A DNA stretch of 64,000 nucleotides from Laetmonice hystrix (GCA_965235115.1 OZ249436.1:33790001-33854000); one strand, 5' to 3'. Positions 36,201-50,480 are shown, numbered from the stretch's first letter. The notes: generated by a model from the letters alone, not told the origin. Translations and numbers: made by a program.

Positions 36201-39200
36201 TGTCCTTATCTATCCTTAGAATACTGATGTCGTACATATATGTACTATTATCTACAAACCATTCTGCAGACATTCTGTTCTTCATGAACAAAACGGTCAA
36301 CCCTGTCAAAGATACTATTCATTGCCCGTCCAACCCCGTTTCTCCTTCCCCCCCTTTTTTTATACATAATTTTCGCTTTTTTTTTCTACAAAAATAATAC
36401 TTTACAAATAGTGGTCACTGCTCTGAATGAACCACAGACGACAGATGACATGGATGTTTGTGATGGTAAAGCTCTGCAATGATTGATGAGAATGTCTGGA
36501 GGTGAAAAGCGCACGTTTCGTGGGATTACAAGACGAATCCCTGTGCGTATTGAGAACACAGAACTGCACAATCCACCGCAGCCAATCTTGGTGCTCTGTG
36601 GTCCGCTTTATGTCACACCTTGTGGACTTCAGTGGGCGTCAGAATTAGGCCATCACCTATCCTTACATTGTAACTCCATACTATAGAATTTCCGGACTAT
36701 GTTCAACGTTGACATCTGAATAATTGCCCGCTGGAACTTCGAGGTTTTAGTTACATGGAAAGTTACCATAACTTCCGAATAAAAGGAAGATTGCGAGCAT
36801 TATAACTTCAAACCATAGCTATAGTTCTAGCGGTACTGTTCATCCACGAATCAACGTTGATTAATCTGCCTGGACTTGGTGGTTCAAATAACATGTATCA
36901 CTAACTAGAAAAGCGAAAGATACCATTGTATCCATCTATTCTACTCTGGGCTTTGCGTTACAAAGAGAATGCTTTGACAGTGCGTTCTCTTACAATGCTA
37001 TAACTTTGTGACATATACCCGTAGGTTGTCTACACAGCTTTCAGTTTTATCCGAAAAACTAGGACCTACATCTCCTTTTCATGTCACTGGCGAGTGTGGC
37101 GGTATCAAATTTCCTCTATTATATATGCTTGCCGACTACTCCGTCATTTCATAACACCATGTCTGGGTCCTACAATAGGCATGCAGTTCCGAATAACATC
37201 AATAAAAGCTGCCATAAGAATTTTCAAACGTAACCCCTGAACTGTTTTATTCAGTAAGTATCGATTCAGCAGATTATTTTTTGAATACTATTTTACATCC
37301 TTGCAACAACACAAGAATCGTTTGATCCAGAATGCCCACGGCAGGAAATGGAAGTTCGTTCCGATACAGGTGTAGGTTTAATGTGTCTCAAAGATATTTA
37401 TTTTAATTATTTTTGATAACACCGGCGTCAAATTGATAACGGGAACAACCCCAACAGCAATACTGAGAGGCGCTGCTGGGTTCACATCATATTTCAGATT
37501 TCGTAAAGGTTGCCTCTCATTCTTATCTTCCATTACTACGATACCGCTGCAATATGAAGGGTTATATCTTTATCCCATCCACATGGACGCCAGCCTCTAG
37601 CAAAGCCATACCAAAACTTATGCCTTGAATATTATAATGTAGGAACAGCATGGGTACTGAAATACACTGCCTGAAAAGTAATTTAAGTTGTGTGAGATTG
37701 CATACTACTGTAGTTTGCACAAATGTAGCGTGCACGATACATCCGGTACACAAAAGGCCCTGCACCTAACATATGAATGACTGAATGGCATATCATGCCA
37801 TTTGCCATTTTATTCCGGCGTCAGACATAAGACAAATAGACAGATGCGCACTCCTGAGGTAAACTACTGTAAAGCAGTGAGTCTATGAAAATATAAAAAT
37901 AATCCATGTTGGGGAAAGAACTAAATCCATGATATATACATGTACATTTACAAGCACCGCCTCTGACAATTACGTCGTTAGGACTTCTGGTAGGTCACAG
38001 AGGGGGATATATTTGCATCAGCAGCCAAGAGTAGAAGACAGGCATACTTGGCCACTGAGACTCAAGTCATGAACAGCCGCTATATAAGATGGAGTTCAGG
38101 TCACTAACCGTGACGACCTCCCAAGCGGTTGGATCTGGATCCTGGACTGGATCCATAATGTGTACATGAACCACGCCAGGGTGGATAAGACAACAGCAGG
38201 CGACGTTTCAGGGATAGAATCTGTAGTGTAGCAACAGATCAGGCGAACTGGTTGGGGATGGGGAGATGAGGGATGAGGATGGGGGGGTGCGCTGACCCGC
38301 TCATTGAGCTCCCGTGCATCATGCTAGATGAAGCTTCTCTCAAGCCATGGACCACAACGCTTAAACGGGCACAGAGCACCAATAGGGCTTCTAAAAACTT
38401 GAACCTATTAGAGCTAACATCACTGAGTACTTAACCGTGCAGCATACGGTGAGGAACCTGTCTTCAAGGAAAACCGGGAATAATTGTTTTTAGGAGATGG
38501 GGGATGGGGGGAGGAGTTACATGGTCGTTCCGACATACCAGTGTTCATCCTGATCCACCCAGACCGAGGCCACACGAGGCCAGGCAGGCAAGTCGGGGTA
38601 CACTCGGTCACCTACTTTGATTTCCACATGTCACCGACTCCACCAACGTCACTCAACCATGTCCTTTGATTCCGGCCAACTGTGAATGTAGGTCAGATCA
38701 ACTGACGTGGAGTAATCACGGTTCAGCTGACACACACACTCAACATTCACGCAATACTCGCTGCTTTCAACTTCAACAGAACAAGCTTCGATTGTTGAAG
38801 CCGCCTCACCATTTATTGTTGGATGCATAACTCAATAACTTTTGACAAATAGATCGGAAGAGAATCCCATTCTGAATCACGAGGTCTTACAGACTTCCTT
38901 GTGACCGACTGTGTGACCGGTGACCTAAGCCGGGTTGTAACCAACGGTGTGGATCTGTCAAAATCTGGGACAGTTGGGGTGGTACTCCAAGGATCCTAAG
39001 AACACAATAGCCGCTAGGTGCCGTGTCCTGCTGATCAGGCTAATAGCACTCTGGCTCCATTAGGACTGACCCCTGGTCACAGCACAACTGGATTGGACTC
39101 GGGGGCCCCCTCACTATTATGTGCGGTCCATCTGACCCAAGTCCACAAAGCCATAGATTTGAAGGACGTAGTCATTTTCATTCTCCGCATATATGATGCA

Positions 39201-39942
39201 TAAAAAATATACTGCTCATAATTTAGGAAAAGTTCAATATTCTACTGTTTAGTATCAGACATAATCATGTATTTCAAGCAGTATCACCAGTCTGTGAGTT
39301 TAATTTCTGAAAAACGGGCAATTGTGCAATACACAAATGCTTTTTTCAGCTAGCATTGCGTTTACGGGCTTACCTATGTATGATAGAACAGGAAGTGCTA
39401 TTAAAAACTGCTAGTTTACAAACATCCCCATTTCTACAAGGATTTATTTATATATTTTTTTTTCATATACGGTCTTCCTCATTTCCTGTTATGTTATTCA
39501 GTTTGGGCAAATGAGAACCCATTGAAAACCCTGCTGGACACGAAACAATTCCTAAGTGTCAAGTCATGTATCCACGCTTCAGAACTGCTGGGTGGTTCAC
39601 GTTTGGGACACGAGGTGTCAAGCCAAGGCGTACAACACGGGGAGTTGTCTAGCAGAAATCTCAATTGCCTTGGGAGTTTAACGCTCGGCATGTCCTCGTC
39701 TAGCACGAGGAGACAACAGTGCTGGCAGGCAAACCCTGCTAAGGTATTGTTGGGACAGGCTTCACTGGGCAGTCACCAGTAGGATTTCGCGCAACCAATA
39801 ATATAGACTAGGTTTCGTAGTCGAGAATGGGCCATTGTCCTGTGATATCCCACTCAACAAAACCTTTCTACTGCAGCCCTCAAAGTAACACTTAGTAAAC
39901 CATTTTCTTTAGGTAAGGTTGGTCTGTGCTACCTTTTCCTTC

Positions 39943-40300
39943 TCAATTTGTTTTTAAGGTCCTAGCCACTACCTGGGTCCCTCTGGGCAGCGCACCGTGG
40001 TCCACTATTCGTTTTGCCATCAGCGAAGCTGTCGCAGTGGAATCATTTAAAAGTCCCGGTACCTTGTCCTTGTCGCATACACCAAACAATGTCAGGTCGA
40101 CTGGAGGGCATCGAAATGCATACCAAAGTCTCTCCACCTGCCACAATTCGTGCTTCATTGATATGTAAATCCCTCCAAAACAATCAAGTGCCTGAAAGCT
40201 TTCACTTGGTTTATAGCTGTTTATAACATTACCCCCTGTGATATTCACAACTCGTTCTTATTTATATATGGTGGAAAGGATAGGTTTCGCTTTGACCACA
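39943..40300 (-). pseudogene. Possible L1/Tx1-type LINE ORF2 C-terminal relic
   Basis: Degenerate INKNEL*..GVML*T, ESFQALDC...LW...LW and LFGV...LLN....MAKRI resemble the zf-RVT/C-terminal region of Tx1-like elements. Confidence 0.35.
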
Positions 40301-43121
40301 GATTCTAACTCGATGTTTTTCACTCGACAATCAGTCACTGAGCCCAGTTCTAACCTACTTCCTTGTCCATTCATCTTGTCTGCTACTCAGAGGAATTCTC
40401 CGAAACGCTCAAATACCCTCAGACGCATCAATCGTTGACGGCCCATTTGGCACATTCTTCGTCAGCCTACAGCAGCAGAACCTTAATGTGTAACCAGGGG
40501 TGGGGGTGGTCCTAGACAAGATATCTATGTTAAAGATGCCATGTTATTTTAAGCCCTACATCTAACGCACATTCTCACAACTGACGGTTACACCATCGAA
40601 ATACTAGCTAAAAGCAAACCTTGACACCCAACGCCTAAAATCGTCCTGAACACCCATATAATACAGTGTACCGTTACCTGTAGGTGTACGTGCATATACA
40701 CACACATACATGTCAATGTTGTATTTTAAAGCAGGTGTCGAAATCTGCAAATGCGAACAAAAGGTAGCCGAGGGGCATTGCCTCAGGCTGTTGTCAATGG
40801 GTTATGTACATGTATGATGATATTATGCTTGGATGCCAGCAGACCGTGACGACGACACATAGAATGACAAGGTGATACAAATAGTGATTACGGTATCCTT
40901 ATTACGTCTCCACGGAACTAATTGATAAGACAACCCTGAGTCTCAATTCAATGCTTTGCCGCACAACACCAGCCTCCCCCTCCTCTTCTTTTTCTTTGCC
41001 AGTTAAACTTCCATTACCTTCGCCAGCAACCATTTCTGGGGGGATCATTGGGTCTCCCACTGAACTCAACACACATACATTATTCTCTGCAGCGACATAC
41101 ATGCACGACATCCTGGTCCTACTTGTATTAGGCCCAAATCAACGTCACATTCCCATTTCAAGAGTTGCTGGCTCCTTAATCCGGAAGATTAACTTTTAAC
41201 TAATCCATCAGCTTGTACCTGGGAGGGAGGGGGTGGCAATCATTATTTAATTCTGCCGAGAATAATGATATAAAGGAGGAAACACACTTTTAACTTTTGG
41301 TGCAGTAGCTCTGCACGTATATGATACACTACTTGCTATATTTAGTGAGCCGTGTCGGCCAGATACTTTATTGGTTAAACCTGGCCCCTGCTGAACCGTC
41401 ACAACGTCGCACATTTTATAGGTAAAATCTGGATGGAGTTTCACTCAAATTTTACTTTCTGTTGACTCATGACAAATTTGTTTAAGCGATATCAATATCA
41501 ACGTGGCATGAAACCCGCACCTGGTGCATTCTTAAAATACCCACTCTGCTTGCACATCACCAACGACCTATGGATACGTTTTTGGCGAAGGTAGCTCAAT
41601 ATACACTGACCTATACATGTCTTATATCATGGGTCATGAGAATACAAGAAACAGTCCTACAGTAAATCACTCAAGTGTGCTAGCACTACACTGATTAGGT
41701 AACACATGGAACCCTTTCCCAGTACTGCGTCTTTCGTAAACAAGCGTCGCCTGCACATGTCTTGAGTTATAATTAATATACATGTACTAATGAAATGAAG
41801 CGCCACCTCTTCCCCCAACAGGCGAAACTCACCCTCGAACTTTGACGCGTATTCGTAGTCGATAATGAACACGTAATATTGTGTGGGAAACAGCTCGTAT
41901 GTGACAACAGTAGCAGAGTATGTTACAAAGGCAGCAAAGTCCTCCCATTCCCTTTCACCTACAGAAGTCCATACGTATTCAATCCCAACACCCCAAGCAC
42001 CAGTTATGATCACGAATGTCTTATGTACAATCCCTGCTGTATAGACCATCCCCCCCAAAATTCGGACCACATACCGACAGTCCTAAATCAGTGCAATGTT
42101 TGAATTAACTTGGTCATTACTTTGACAGAGTGAATCTTTAAATGTCATATAAATACCTCATCCTTTTCTCCGTAATTCCGATTTATCATACACATGGCTC
42201 GATATGTAAAACAGGACAAACTGTACACAACCTTTTGGGGATCAGAATGGAGTATGCCTTGTGTGCGGGTCAACAGCTCTGTGACATTATAGGGGGACAG
42301 CCTGCAAAGTTTGGTCCTGCCTGACTGCTCAACTAAAACACACCAGCAATATGAATTTCGGCAAATACCTCAAGAGTCATGTCATCTGTGCAACATCGTT
42401 TGGAAGTAGGTCCTGGTGAGTGACAACGTCACTAAACTCGACCTGTCCTGAGGCAACGTGTTAACGATTTCAATTAAAAGAGATCTACAACACAATGTAC
42501 AACCTACAATTGCTGGTAATTATGACCATTACCCCCTACACAACCAGTTGCAGGTCCAAGGCTGTTAAACAGCAGTTTATCAACCCACGATCACCTTGTG
42601 GGAATTGTCTCCAATCTTTTCACTGACGAAATCAAGGCAAGGTTTCTTGTAGAATTTCTACCAGATAAATACCACCAGACGAGATTCTCAGTGGGTACTT
42701 TGGGGTTCTTCATCGTCATGCAAATATCCTAACATGTCAGATCTATTATTAAAAGAATAAATGCATTTCAGTAATGTAATACAGTGTATTAATTTGACGA
42801 GGAATCATCTATTGAATGTCACGAGCTTGGAAATTAAGAAGCACGTGCTAGGGTGACTAACTTGCAATTTAATATAATTTATGGTATTTATAAATATATA
42901 GGTTAAGTCAAATTCTGAGAATAGAAAATTAAGACTAATTAATCTGTACGCTATCTGAGCTGGTAATTAGATCTCCCTTCAACAATTAAAAATAATACTA
43001 GCATGTACCTTTGGTACCTGTGCAGCAATGTCCTTGAGGCCTTCTAACATTAAGTACAGAGACCTTAACTCAGTGACAACACCTCTTTGTTTTCAATGTA
43101 CAAACATGAGAAATACGTCAT

Positions 43122-43264
43122 CAGGGCCCATTTCTTAAAAACTTAAGATCTTGCTTAAACTTCAGCTTAACGCTACCGATTGGCTGGTATGCTTAGACCA
43201 GCCAATCAGAACCGTGTTAAGTGTAAGCTTAAGCAAGATCTTAAGTTTTAGAAACTGGGCCCTG
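43122..43264. mobile_element. Fully palindromic MITE (CWG-flanked, Harbinger-like)
   Basis: CAGGGCCCA..TTTCT / AGAAACTGGGCCCTG ends; perfect inverted AAAACTTAAGATCTTGCTTAA arms; inner GATTGGCTGGT / ACCAGCCAATC. Confidence 0.85.
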
Positions 43265-43276
43265 GGACCCGTCTTA

Positions 43277-43405
43277 AGCCCCAGATACATAGACCGATTC
43301 ACGGCCGATCTTGAGATAAAACCGATTTTTCTCCATATTTTTCCTATGGAGAAAAATCGGCCGCATCTCAAAATCGGCCGTAAATCGGTTTGTGTAGCTG
43401 GGCCT
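43277..43405. mobile_element. PIF/Harbinger (Tourist-like) MITE
   Basis: TTA TSD on both sides; imperfect TIRs of about 41 bp (AGCCCCAGATACATAGACCGATTCACGGCCGATCTTGAGAT). Confidence 0.85.
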
Positions 43406-46400
43406 TTAGTAAGAATGTCACTCCCCAAATCAGAGACATTCCTATATTGGGGACATCTCCTAAACACTGTTTCAGTAGAGGGACCTTTTAGTAAGACACC
43501 TCACAACAGGGATTCCCCTGATCTGGGGACTTTGGTGGGGATTTTGCTGGGGATCATCGTTAATAAGACGGGCCCCTGGTCTCTGTTTTTCAGGACAAAC
43601 AGGCATAATAGTTCTCTCCTCATATTCGAGATATTTCGATTATGTGTAATCTTAGTTCATTTTTTGGCAATTATTTACAGACTACCTTGTTTTAGAGGAA
43701 GAACAAAGAAGCTACTCTTGACGATCCAGATACACTCCCATTTCCACGTGTGGGTTTTGCTCGGCCAGCCTCACCACTTCACATTGAGGGGCGTTATTAC
43801 ACAATCATCATGTATGTTTTTTCTAAGGTTACGAAGACAACGTGGCAGATCACCTACCAAAAAAAAAGAAGAACCACCTACTATATAGCAGTATTTCTCA
43901 ATCTTGTCATGGATCCAAATCTGTTCTTCTGCATATACTTCAACCAGAAACTGGTCCTTTTGGGTTATTACCGATAATTGGGAGAACATGACGTTTAGCA
44001 TTGGCAAGGGCCCCTACTCTTGACATTTCCATGACTCTGGGAGTGTGCTATGTGAATAATGAACACATGGGGACGCCGTCTGTCAGCTCCATGACGTCAC
44101 GGCTCGAATGACGGAACGCCATTCTCTGCTAGTCTCAGTGACTCTCTACATGGAACTAAGCTATAAATAAACAAGAAACTCTCATAGAATCGGTCTTAGC
44201 AGAACAACAAATATCTATGTACAGGTTGTCTGAAACGGGCAGACTTCAAGATGACACCCCCTCCCCAGATGACCCCAAAGGTAGGGGCGGTACCAGGTCA
44301 ACTTTGCGACTAATTAATTAGTCCATTGCTGAATAAAGCTGCACGACTCGGTATGAGTAATCACCTACACTCTATGATTAGGTGTACATTCCTTATACAA
44401 GAGTTCCAAGTTCACAATCGGAACAAACTTCCGCCCTTGTGCATACACCCATCTGAAAGTCCAGAGTTGGACTAAACTTCTTCATTCCTGGTATCACAAA
44501 CAGACTTTTCTGTACAAACTGGACTTTTCTTATAGGATGACAATAATTATTAACTAAGAAGAAACTGACGTAGCTTCTGGTATTATATCAGACTACCTCA
44601 ATTTCTCCTTGGTTAGCGATATTTTTAAACGTCTCTACTATCATGAAAACTGTTGTTCCAGTGGATCTTAATATAATAGATGCACGATTCCTTCTTGGCA
44701 TACCTTCTGTTTATGAGAAGTACCGATATTTGTTTTGCACATATCAACTTAGCACTAAAGCACCATATACAGCCAGTTATTGGTGTTAAAGTCTCTCGAA
44801 ATATCAAGAGTTGAGTCAATTTACAGTGATGATCCTAACCCTACTCCCTCTATACACAATCTACAATTAAAATATACATTTCCTTAAAATCTTACATGCA
44901 ACACTTACATATACAGTACTGTACGTTTAATTGTGCCTAGCTGTGATTCAGAACTTATTCATCAGTTTTCTTTATGCTGTGAATTAACTGTTCAGTGAAA
45001 CTGTTCTATCGGCACACACTTGACCTGTATTCTTCTCTGGTTATTTGCTGACCAACTGTTCATATCTACACTACATCATCCGCAAATATATGCTGGCGCC
45101 CCTGCAAGATGAAATTACTAAATTCATGCCACCTGTATCCGATGCAATAGACTGTTTGCTCTGATCAGGTTAGTTTAATGGGTGTGACTGTAATACTGCC
45201 TTCAGAAATATATCCCATCTGAAGTTTTGATGCTAACTAGCCACCATTACAATGTGGTAGTGAGCAATTTTTCAGTAACTATTATTTCTACCAAAATAGT
45301 ACAGACATACCAATTTCCCATGAATGATATGTCATGTGTCATATCAACATAATATTGAAGCCTCAGATCATTTCTATACTGAAATACACAAGTGCCAGTG
45401 CTCTACGGCACTCCTATACTAAGGTTGAGAGGTGTGCATCTTGTATGGTTGATACCAGCAAAGTCACGTGTCGCACAGTCTTCAAGAAACAAACTGTGAA
45501 TTCGCACATCCCTACACCAACGACGGTAATGGATTCTACACTGTTTGTGGACATGTATGAATTTCCATTTACAGTGTCTGTTGTATCGTTGGACTACTCG
45601 GTACCATGATCACATATCAGGCACTTTGATCCCATTCCGACGAGTCAGTAACTAAGTCATACTGAAATACATTGTAAGCATCTTCTCCACTTTTCTCGAT
45701 CCACAACCCCCACCCACTCTTCAAAACGTGTCCCGTGCTCTTCCTGACTGGGGAGCAAGGATATCTGGAAGGCAGTGACAGATATAGATCACTGTCTGTT
45801 CTATATCTCTGTCTTTCCTACACTCGGCTTCTAAATTTTATCACCTTTACTTATCTCATCAAGAAAATGTGCGACAAGAGTTGAGATCGGTGCATTTTTT
45901 GTGTGTATACACTCACGCACGCACACACGAGCACACACGTCTCTTTTACACATGTTTATATACACATACATAAAACTTATTTACCCATGGCACACTCCCA
46001 CACAAACAAAATATGGCAGAGTTTTCTTTTAGGTCAAGAACCCTTGCATGCATGCGTTTCACTTTTGAGTCATGTCTACTTATTATCACAGAAACCAAGT
46101 CCAGATAACCTGTACCCTTATGATCCTAACACAGCATAATGTTGACAAATACTGATAGAAGCCTGGCCTTCTTAGACCGTCACGATACCTGTTTGAATCA
46201 GGTTCAATTCCATCCAAATATGAATTTTGAACAACCTCTCCTCTTTAATCTGCTTTGATTTTGAGAAATTAAGTGCAATGAGTACGAACTTTCCTCCTCA
46301 CATGTACTGAGTATATCTCTTTAAACTTAAAGGTAACACTAACTCTGACTGACCCAAAAGCCACTGCCAAGGGCTTAAGACTGACAAAATTTGGTTTCTG

Positions 46401-48355
46401 ATTCACTTTCCTAACTTGACTACCCAGAACCATGTTTTTGTGACCAACTGGACGGCTCGATCATATTTTTTCATGGATATGATCAATAAAATGCTGTAGC
46501 AGGATCACATTTGTCGACCAACTACCCTGCTATGGACAACCAAGAAACACAAATTTATGAACCTGCAGGACTGCTTTTGACGATCAAAAAAATGTTATGC
46601 ATTCAGAAATACACAATATTCCTTTCTTCATCACCAAATGCTAGTGTTACGCTAGGGAAGACAGTACTGTTTTTTCCCCCATAAACCCCTATCCCAAATA
46701 AGTCCAAAACTCTGCCAGGCTAGCAATATCTTTTTTTCTTTGATTAGTAGAGCATTTCCATTTTTCTCAAGTCCTTGGTGACAGAAGGCATTCTTCCCTG
46801 CCTTTTTTTTCTTTCTTCAGACACTACCATTTTATGTGAAGCAGAGTAAGACCATCCCTTTAGCACCACTGAGGACCTTTTGGAAACACTCATTGCATAT
46901 TTATGCTGTGCCCTGTCTTTAGTCAGGAGATGGGATGAAATAAAGTTAACGGCAGCAATTGACACTGTCACAACTCGTGTGGACTGGCACACTCCTGGCT
47001 TGTCTATGTCTACAACGTCTAACTTATGATACTTAATATCAAGAAATTGGGAATCATTGTGTCACTATTTCCAGTGTTGTCCATGAAGAACATGTTCTAG
47101 GTTATGGGATTTGCGCATAGTCAGTATTTCAGAAAGAAAACCTTCTAACCAGATAAAAAATCTTGTTTTCCCTTTCTGAGCATTCTAAAAGGGTCCTATC
47201 ACATACAATGACACCAAATGCAAACAATGGATTTGTGTAGTCTCCATTCAAGTGTGTACTAAATGTACATAAGAAATTAACATCATTTTTCACAAAAGAA
47301 TATTTCAATCAATATCTTCAAAGAACACAAATCCCTTTTTGTAAAATTGTGCCGAACCACACATGAACATCAATAATATTATAAATAGTGCGTCTCTTCA
47401 TGGAAAAAAAGATGTCTCAGTTATGACATAACAATTTTTACATTGAATTCTATATATTATACAAGAAGCCTTAACTTGCTATCTTGGACAATGGACCAAA
47501 GATGCAAGGCATAATGATCAGCAACTATTCTGTACCGAGATACCCAAGTGACTTGGAAAGTCACCGATACGTCCAGCAATTCCGTATTATTTTATACGAA
47601 CAAAGTCTGTACAAAGTCCGTACAGAGACTTTATCAGAATATTGACTGACATCACTGCAAATGTTATCATTTCTACTAGATTCACCTGGGTATGCCAAAT
47701 AAACAATCCTTAATCTAACACTTTTTACAAGTGTATTTTAAACTACCCCACATCAGTACTGGCATTTGTTGACTGTCAGTCAGTACACTTGAACCTTTAT
47801 GAGACATACAATCGGGAGCATGACCCAAAACTTGCAGGTCATAGATGGTTACACTAGCCTAGCGGTTACCATCGCAGCAATTTGACACTCTAAGGCTCAT
47901 ATTCAGACTTTTGTTCCCACAGTATGCAGTACTCGGAATCAATTTTCCCTCTCTTGCAATACTGTAGCAATCAGTTTGGTCAAGTCTCTGATAACACTGT
48001 ATCAGCAAAACCCCTTTCCTTGTTTCCAGCAAAGCGACTTCAATTCTGACCTTGCTGTGTCCCTACACACTTCACTCAAGTATGTTCTGCTGTCAATAGT
48101 ACTTCTAAACACACATATAATATACACTCATACATACATAGCCATTAATTCATCTTTGATTTTTTTCCTCTCAGGCTTTTCACATTTTTGACTCTCCCGG
48201 GTCTCCCGAGCCCTTCTCACTGCTGCTTCGCAAAAAGAAGTGGCCTCATATATTATCCTTCACAAAACCCTCCTTATTAGAATCACCTTCTCGCTAGAAT
48301 AAAGCCCAGTTAGTTTGTCAACATTTTACATTGCTGACTGAACTCTCACCCCTCT

Positions 48356-48720
48356 CTATGTCTTGGCCGTCACTGTTGTTTCTGTAGTCCCCGGCTTGGG
48401 GTGCAGGGCGATGCAGAACTTGTGGCCAAACGGTGACTGGTACCTGATGCCTACCTTACTGAAGACTTTCACTGGGATTCCCATGTCGGCCAGGTAGACC
48501 TGACCACAGCGCTCAGACAGAGCCAGCGGCAGGCACATACCCACGGACCACTTGGGATCGATCGTACCACCCTCTACTGGAGGGTCGATGGCCAAGACGG
48601 ACGCCTTGCACAGCCTGACCCAAGACACAACGTTCTTGTACCAAGCCTGGTCGCTTAAACCCTTATTCTCATGTGAATCAATGGTATTGATCACCATATC
48701 AACAGGAGAGCCTGGCAAGT
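48356..48720 (-). CDS. EDC3: EDC3 coding exon 7 (YjeF-N C-terminus, stop codon)
   Basis: Encodes DLPGSPVDMVINTIDSH...VLAIDPP...WSVGMCLPLALSERCGQVYLADMGIP and ends in TAG. Acceptor TTTCAG, phase 1. The seven exons total 1635 nt (544 aa plus stop). Confidence 0.95.
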
Positions 48721-48816
48721 CTGAAACATACCATCAGTCAAGATTGTTAAAATATGGCTGACCATCTGAAATAAAACGTAAAGGATTAGTAGTAATCCTA
48801 CTGTTGGTTAGTAGAT

Positions 48817-49018
48817 AAATTACTTACCACCATAACTAAATGAGATAATTTGTATACGGAGTTCACTCTGGCGGAATTAAAAATTTAAATAATGATCAGT
48901 GGTCAACACCTAGCGGTCAGTGGACCGCCACTACTCCAGCGCCCTCTGGTGGGTCAAAGGTCATTGACCCTGAGGGTCAAAGGTCATTGACCCTACTCCC
49001 AATATCAATCACTGTAGT
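48817..49018. repeat. DIRS 3' inverted terminal repeat
   Basis: Reverse complement of 55046-55246; one mismatch seen by eye (GGTCAACACC vs GGTCAGCACC). Confidence 0.9.
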
Positions 49019-49064
49019 GACGCCAGCATAACGCGAACAGTGGGGAGGCGGGAGGGAATCCATG

Positions 49065-49170
49065 TTATGGTGGTAAGTAATTTATCTACTAACCAACAGT
49101 AGGATTACTACTAATCCTTTACGGTTGGTGTCATAGATGAAATTACTTACCACCATAACTAAATGAGATG
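49065..49170. repeat. DIRS internal complementary region (ICR)
   Basis: The first half is the reverse complement of 48777-48837. The second half (GTTGGTGTCATAGATGAAATTACTTACC...) is the reverse complement of 55217-55262. Together they reproduce the circle junction. Confidence 0.9.
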
Positions 49171-49579
49171 AGTGCTAAGCTCGGAAGGAGGGTTTGCGTA
49201 ATGATCATATAATCAGGTTCTAATCACCCGAATGTAGTTGTCCGGGTGAAGAACTGCCTTTGTGACCCATGCCAGGTCTGGACTGGGTCTCAACTACGAC
49301 TCCCCCACCGACTTTTTTGGCAATCTCAGTGTTCCTAGACAGTGAGATAGTGAAGGTGCAACCACTACCTTGAGAGTTTTCAACTTACCAAGATAGTGTT
49401 TAGTTAATATTCAAGTGAGACACGCCACCTGAGTCACTGATGAATTCCAATTTCACGATTATTCCATGGAACGTGAACTGCACACAACACCAGCATCCAG
49501 AATGAGAATGAATACTCTTATTCATCTTACTGCACTTTTGGGACTCCGGAGTCCGCCCAAATGAAAATTAAGCTCGTGG

Positions 49580-50480
49580 GTTGAATAATGTCTGAGCCAC
49601 GGCTACAGTTCCCAAGCTGTATAAGCTGTGTGGCTGTTGGCCCATCTCACGCAAATATAACTTTGTGAAAATTGTCTCAGATCTCCAAAAGGCTGATGTC
49701 AACAATAGGTATCCCATAGAAATAGGCCCAAGATGCAGAAATTTGTGACTGGAGAGACGTCACCTAATTTCCTATTATAATAAAAAACGAGAAGTCGAGA
49801 TGTTCCTTCTTTGATACTTTTCGTTGCATCCAGGTACACTCTTAACGCCCTAACGGGGCAGAGCACACATTCTTGACCCTTTGATTCCTTGATTCTTTAT
49901 TCCCTATCTTTATCGGGATCTTTATCTTTCTCTTTAAAAGGAGATTGTGACGGGTCTTGATTCTTTGTCAGAAATTCCGGTACAAAGAACAATCATACAC
50001 CTGAGTAGCCTCGACCGAATGTAATAACGGAATCATCACCTCCTAGGGCGTTCGTTTCACTTGCGTCCCGAAGCAAGAGCAACCAAAGAAACCCGTTTTT
50101 AGCGTCCATATTTTCATGTTGGCTACAAGTAAAGGTTCAAACGGTTCTCTCCCAAGACAGCCTAGTACAATGGATAAATAACAAGCAGGTGATCCCTGCA
50201 GTTTCACCGAACTCTCGAGTCCAACATTTCTAAACAGAACACACATGGCAGGATTCAGTCCAATGGTCGATCCGTCGCTGGCCTTAGCAGTTAGAGTTGC
50301 CTATCTATAACCTCTAATAGTTGACACTGCTAAGCATTTATTGAGCAGATACAGGAAGAACTCTGCCAGTGCCTCTATAGACGGTGACGAATGACATAAG
50401 TCGTTTTGACTAGCCTAATTCACAAGATTTCCCATTTGGCTTGGTAAACTGACCTAGTGGAACAGCGATATTTTCTAGAC
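49580..50480 (-). pseudogene. DIRS tyrosine recombinase relic
   Basis: Frameshifted fragments EALAEFFLYLLNKCLAVSTIRGYR, LSIVLGCLGREPFEPL..KIWTLKT, LVALASGR, PEFLTKNQDP, LCPVRALRVYLDATK, SASWAYFYG and AFWRSETIFTKLYLRE. Confidence 0.85.

Noticed and set aside
36420-36680. Tc1 DDE C-terminus or EnSpm DVCDG-like motif
   Set aside because: Matches are only a few residues in different frames; not supportable.
43151-43888. 245-aa ORF
   Set aside because: It runs through two palindromic MITEs and AT-rich sequence, starts at TTG and has no recognisable domain; considered spurious.
43750-43977. Resemblance to the Cys-loop receptor pre-TM1 segment (ITYQKKRRTTYYIAVFLNLV)
   Set aside because: Only a short loose match, with no Cys-loop, no TM2-4 exons and no convincing splice sites.
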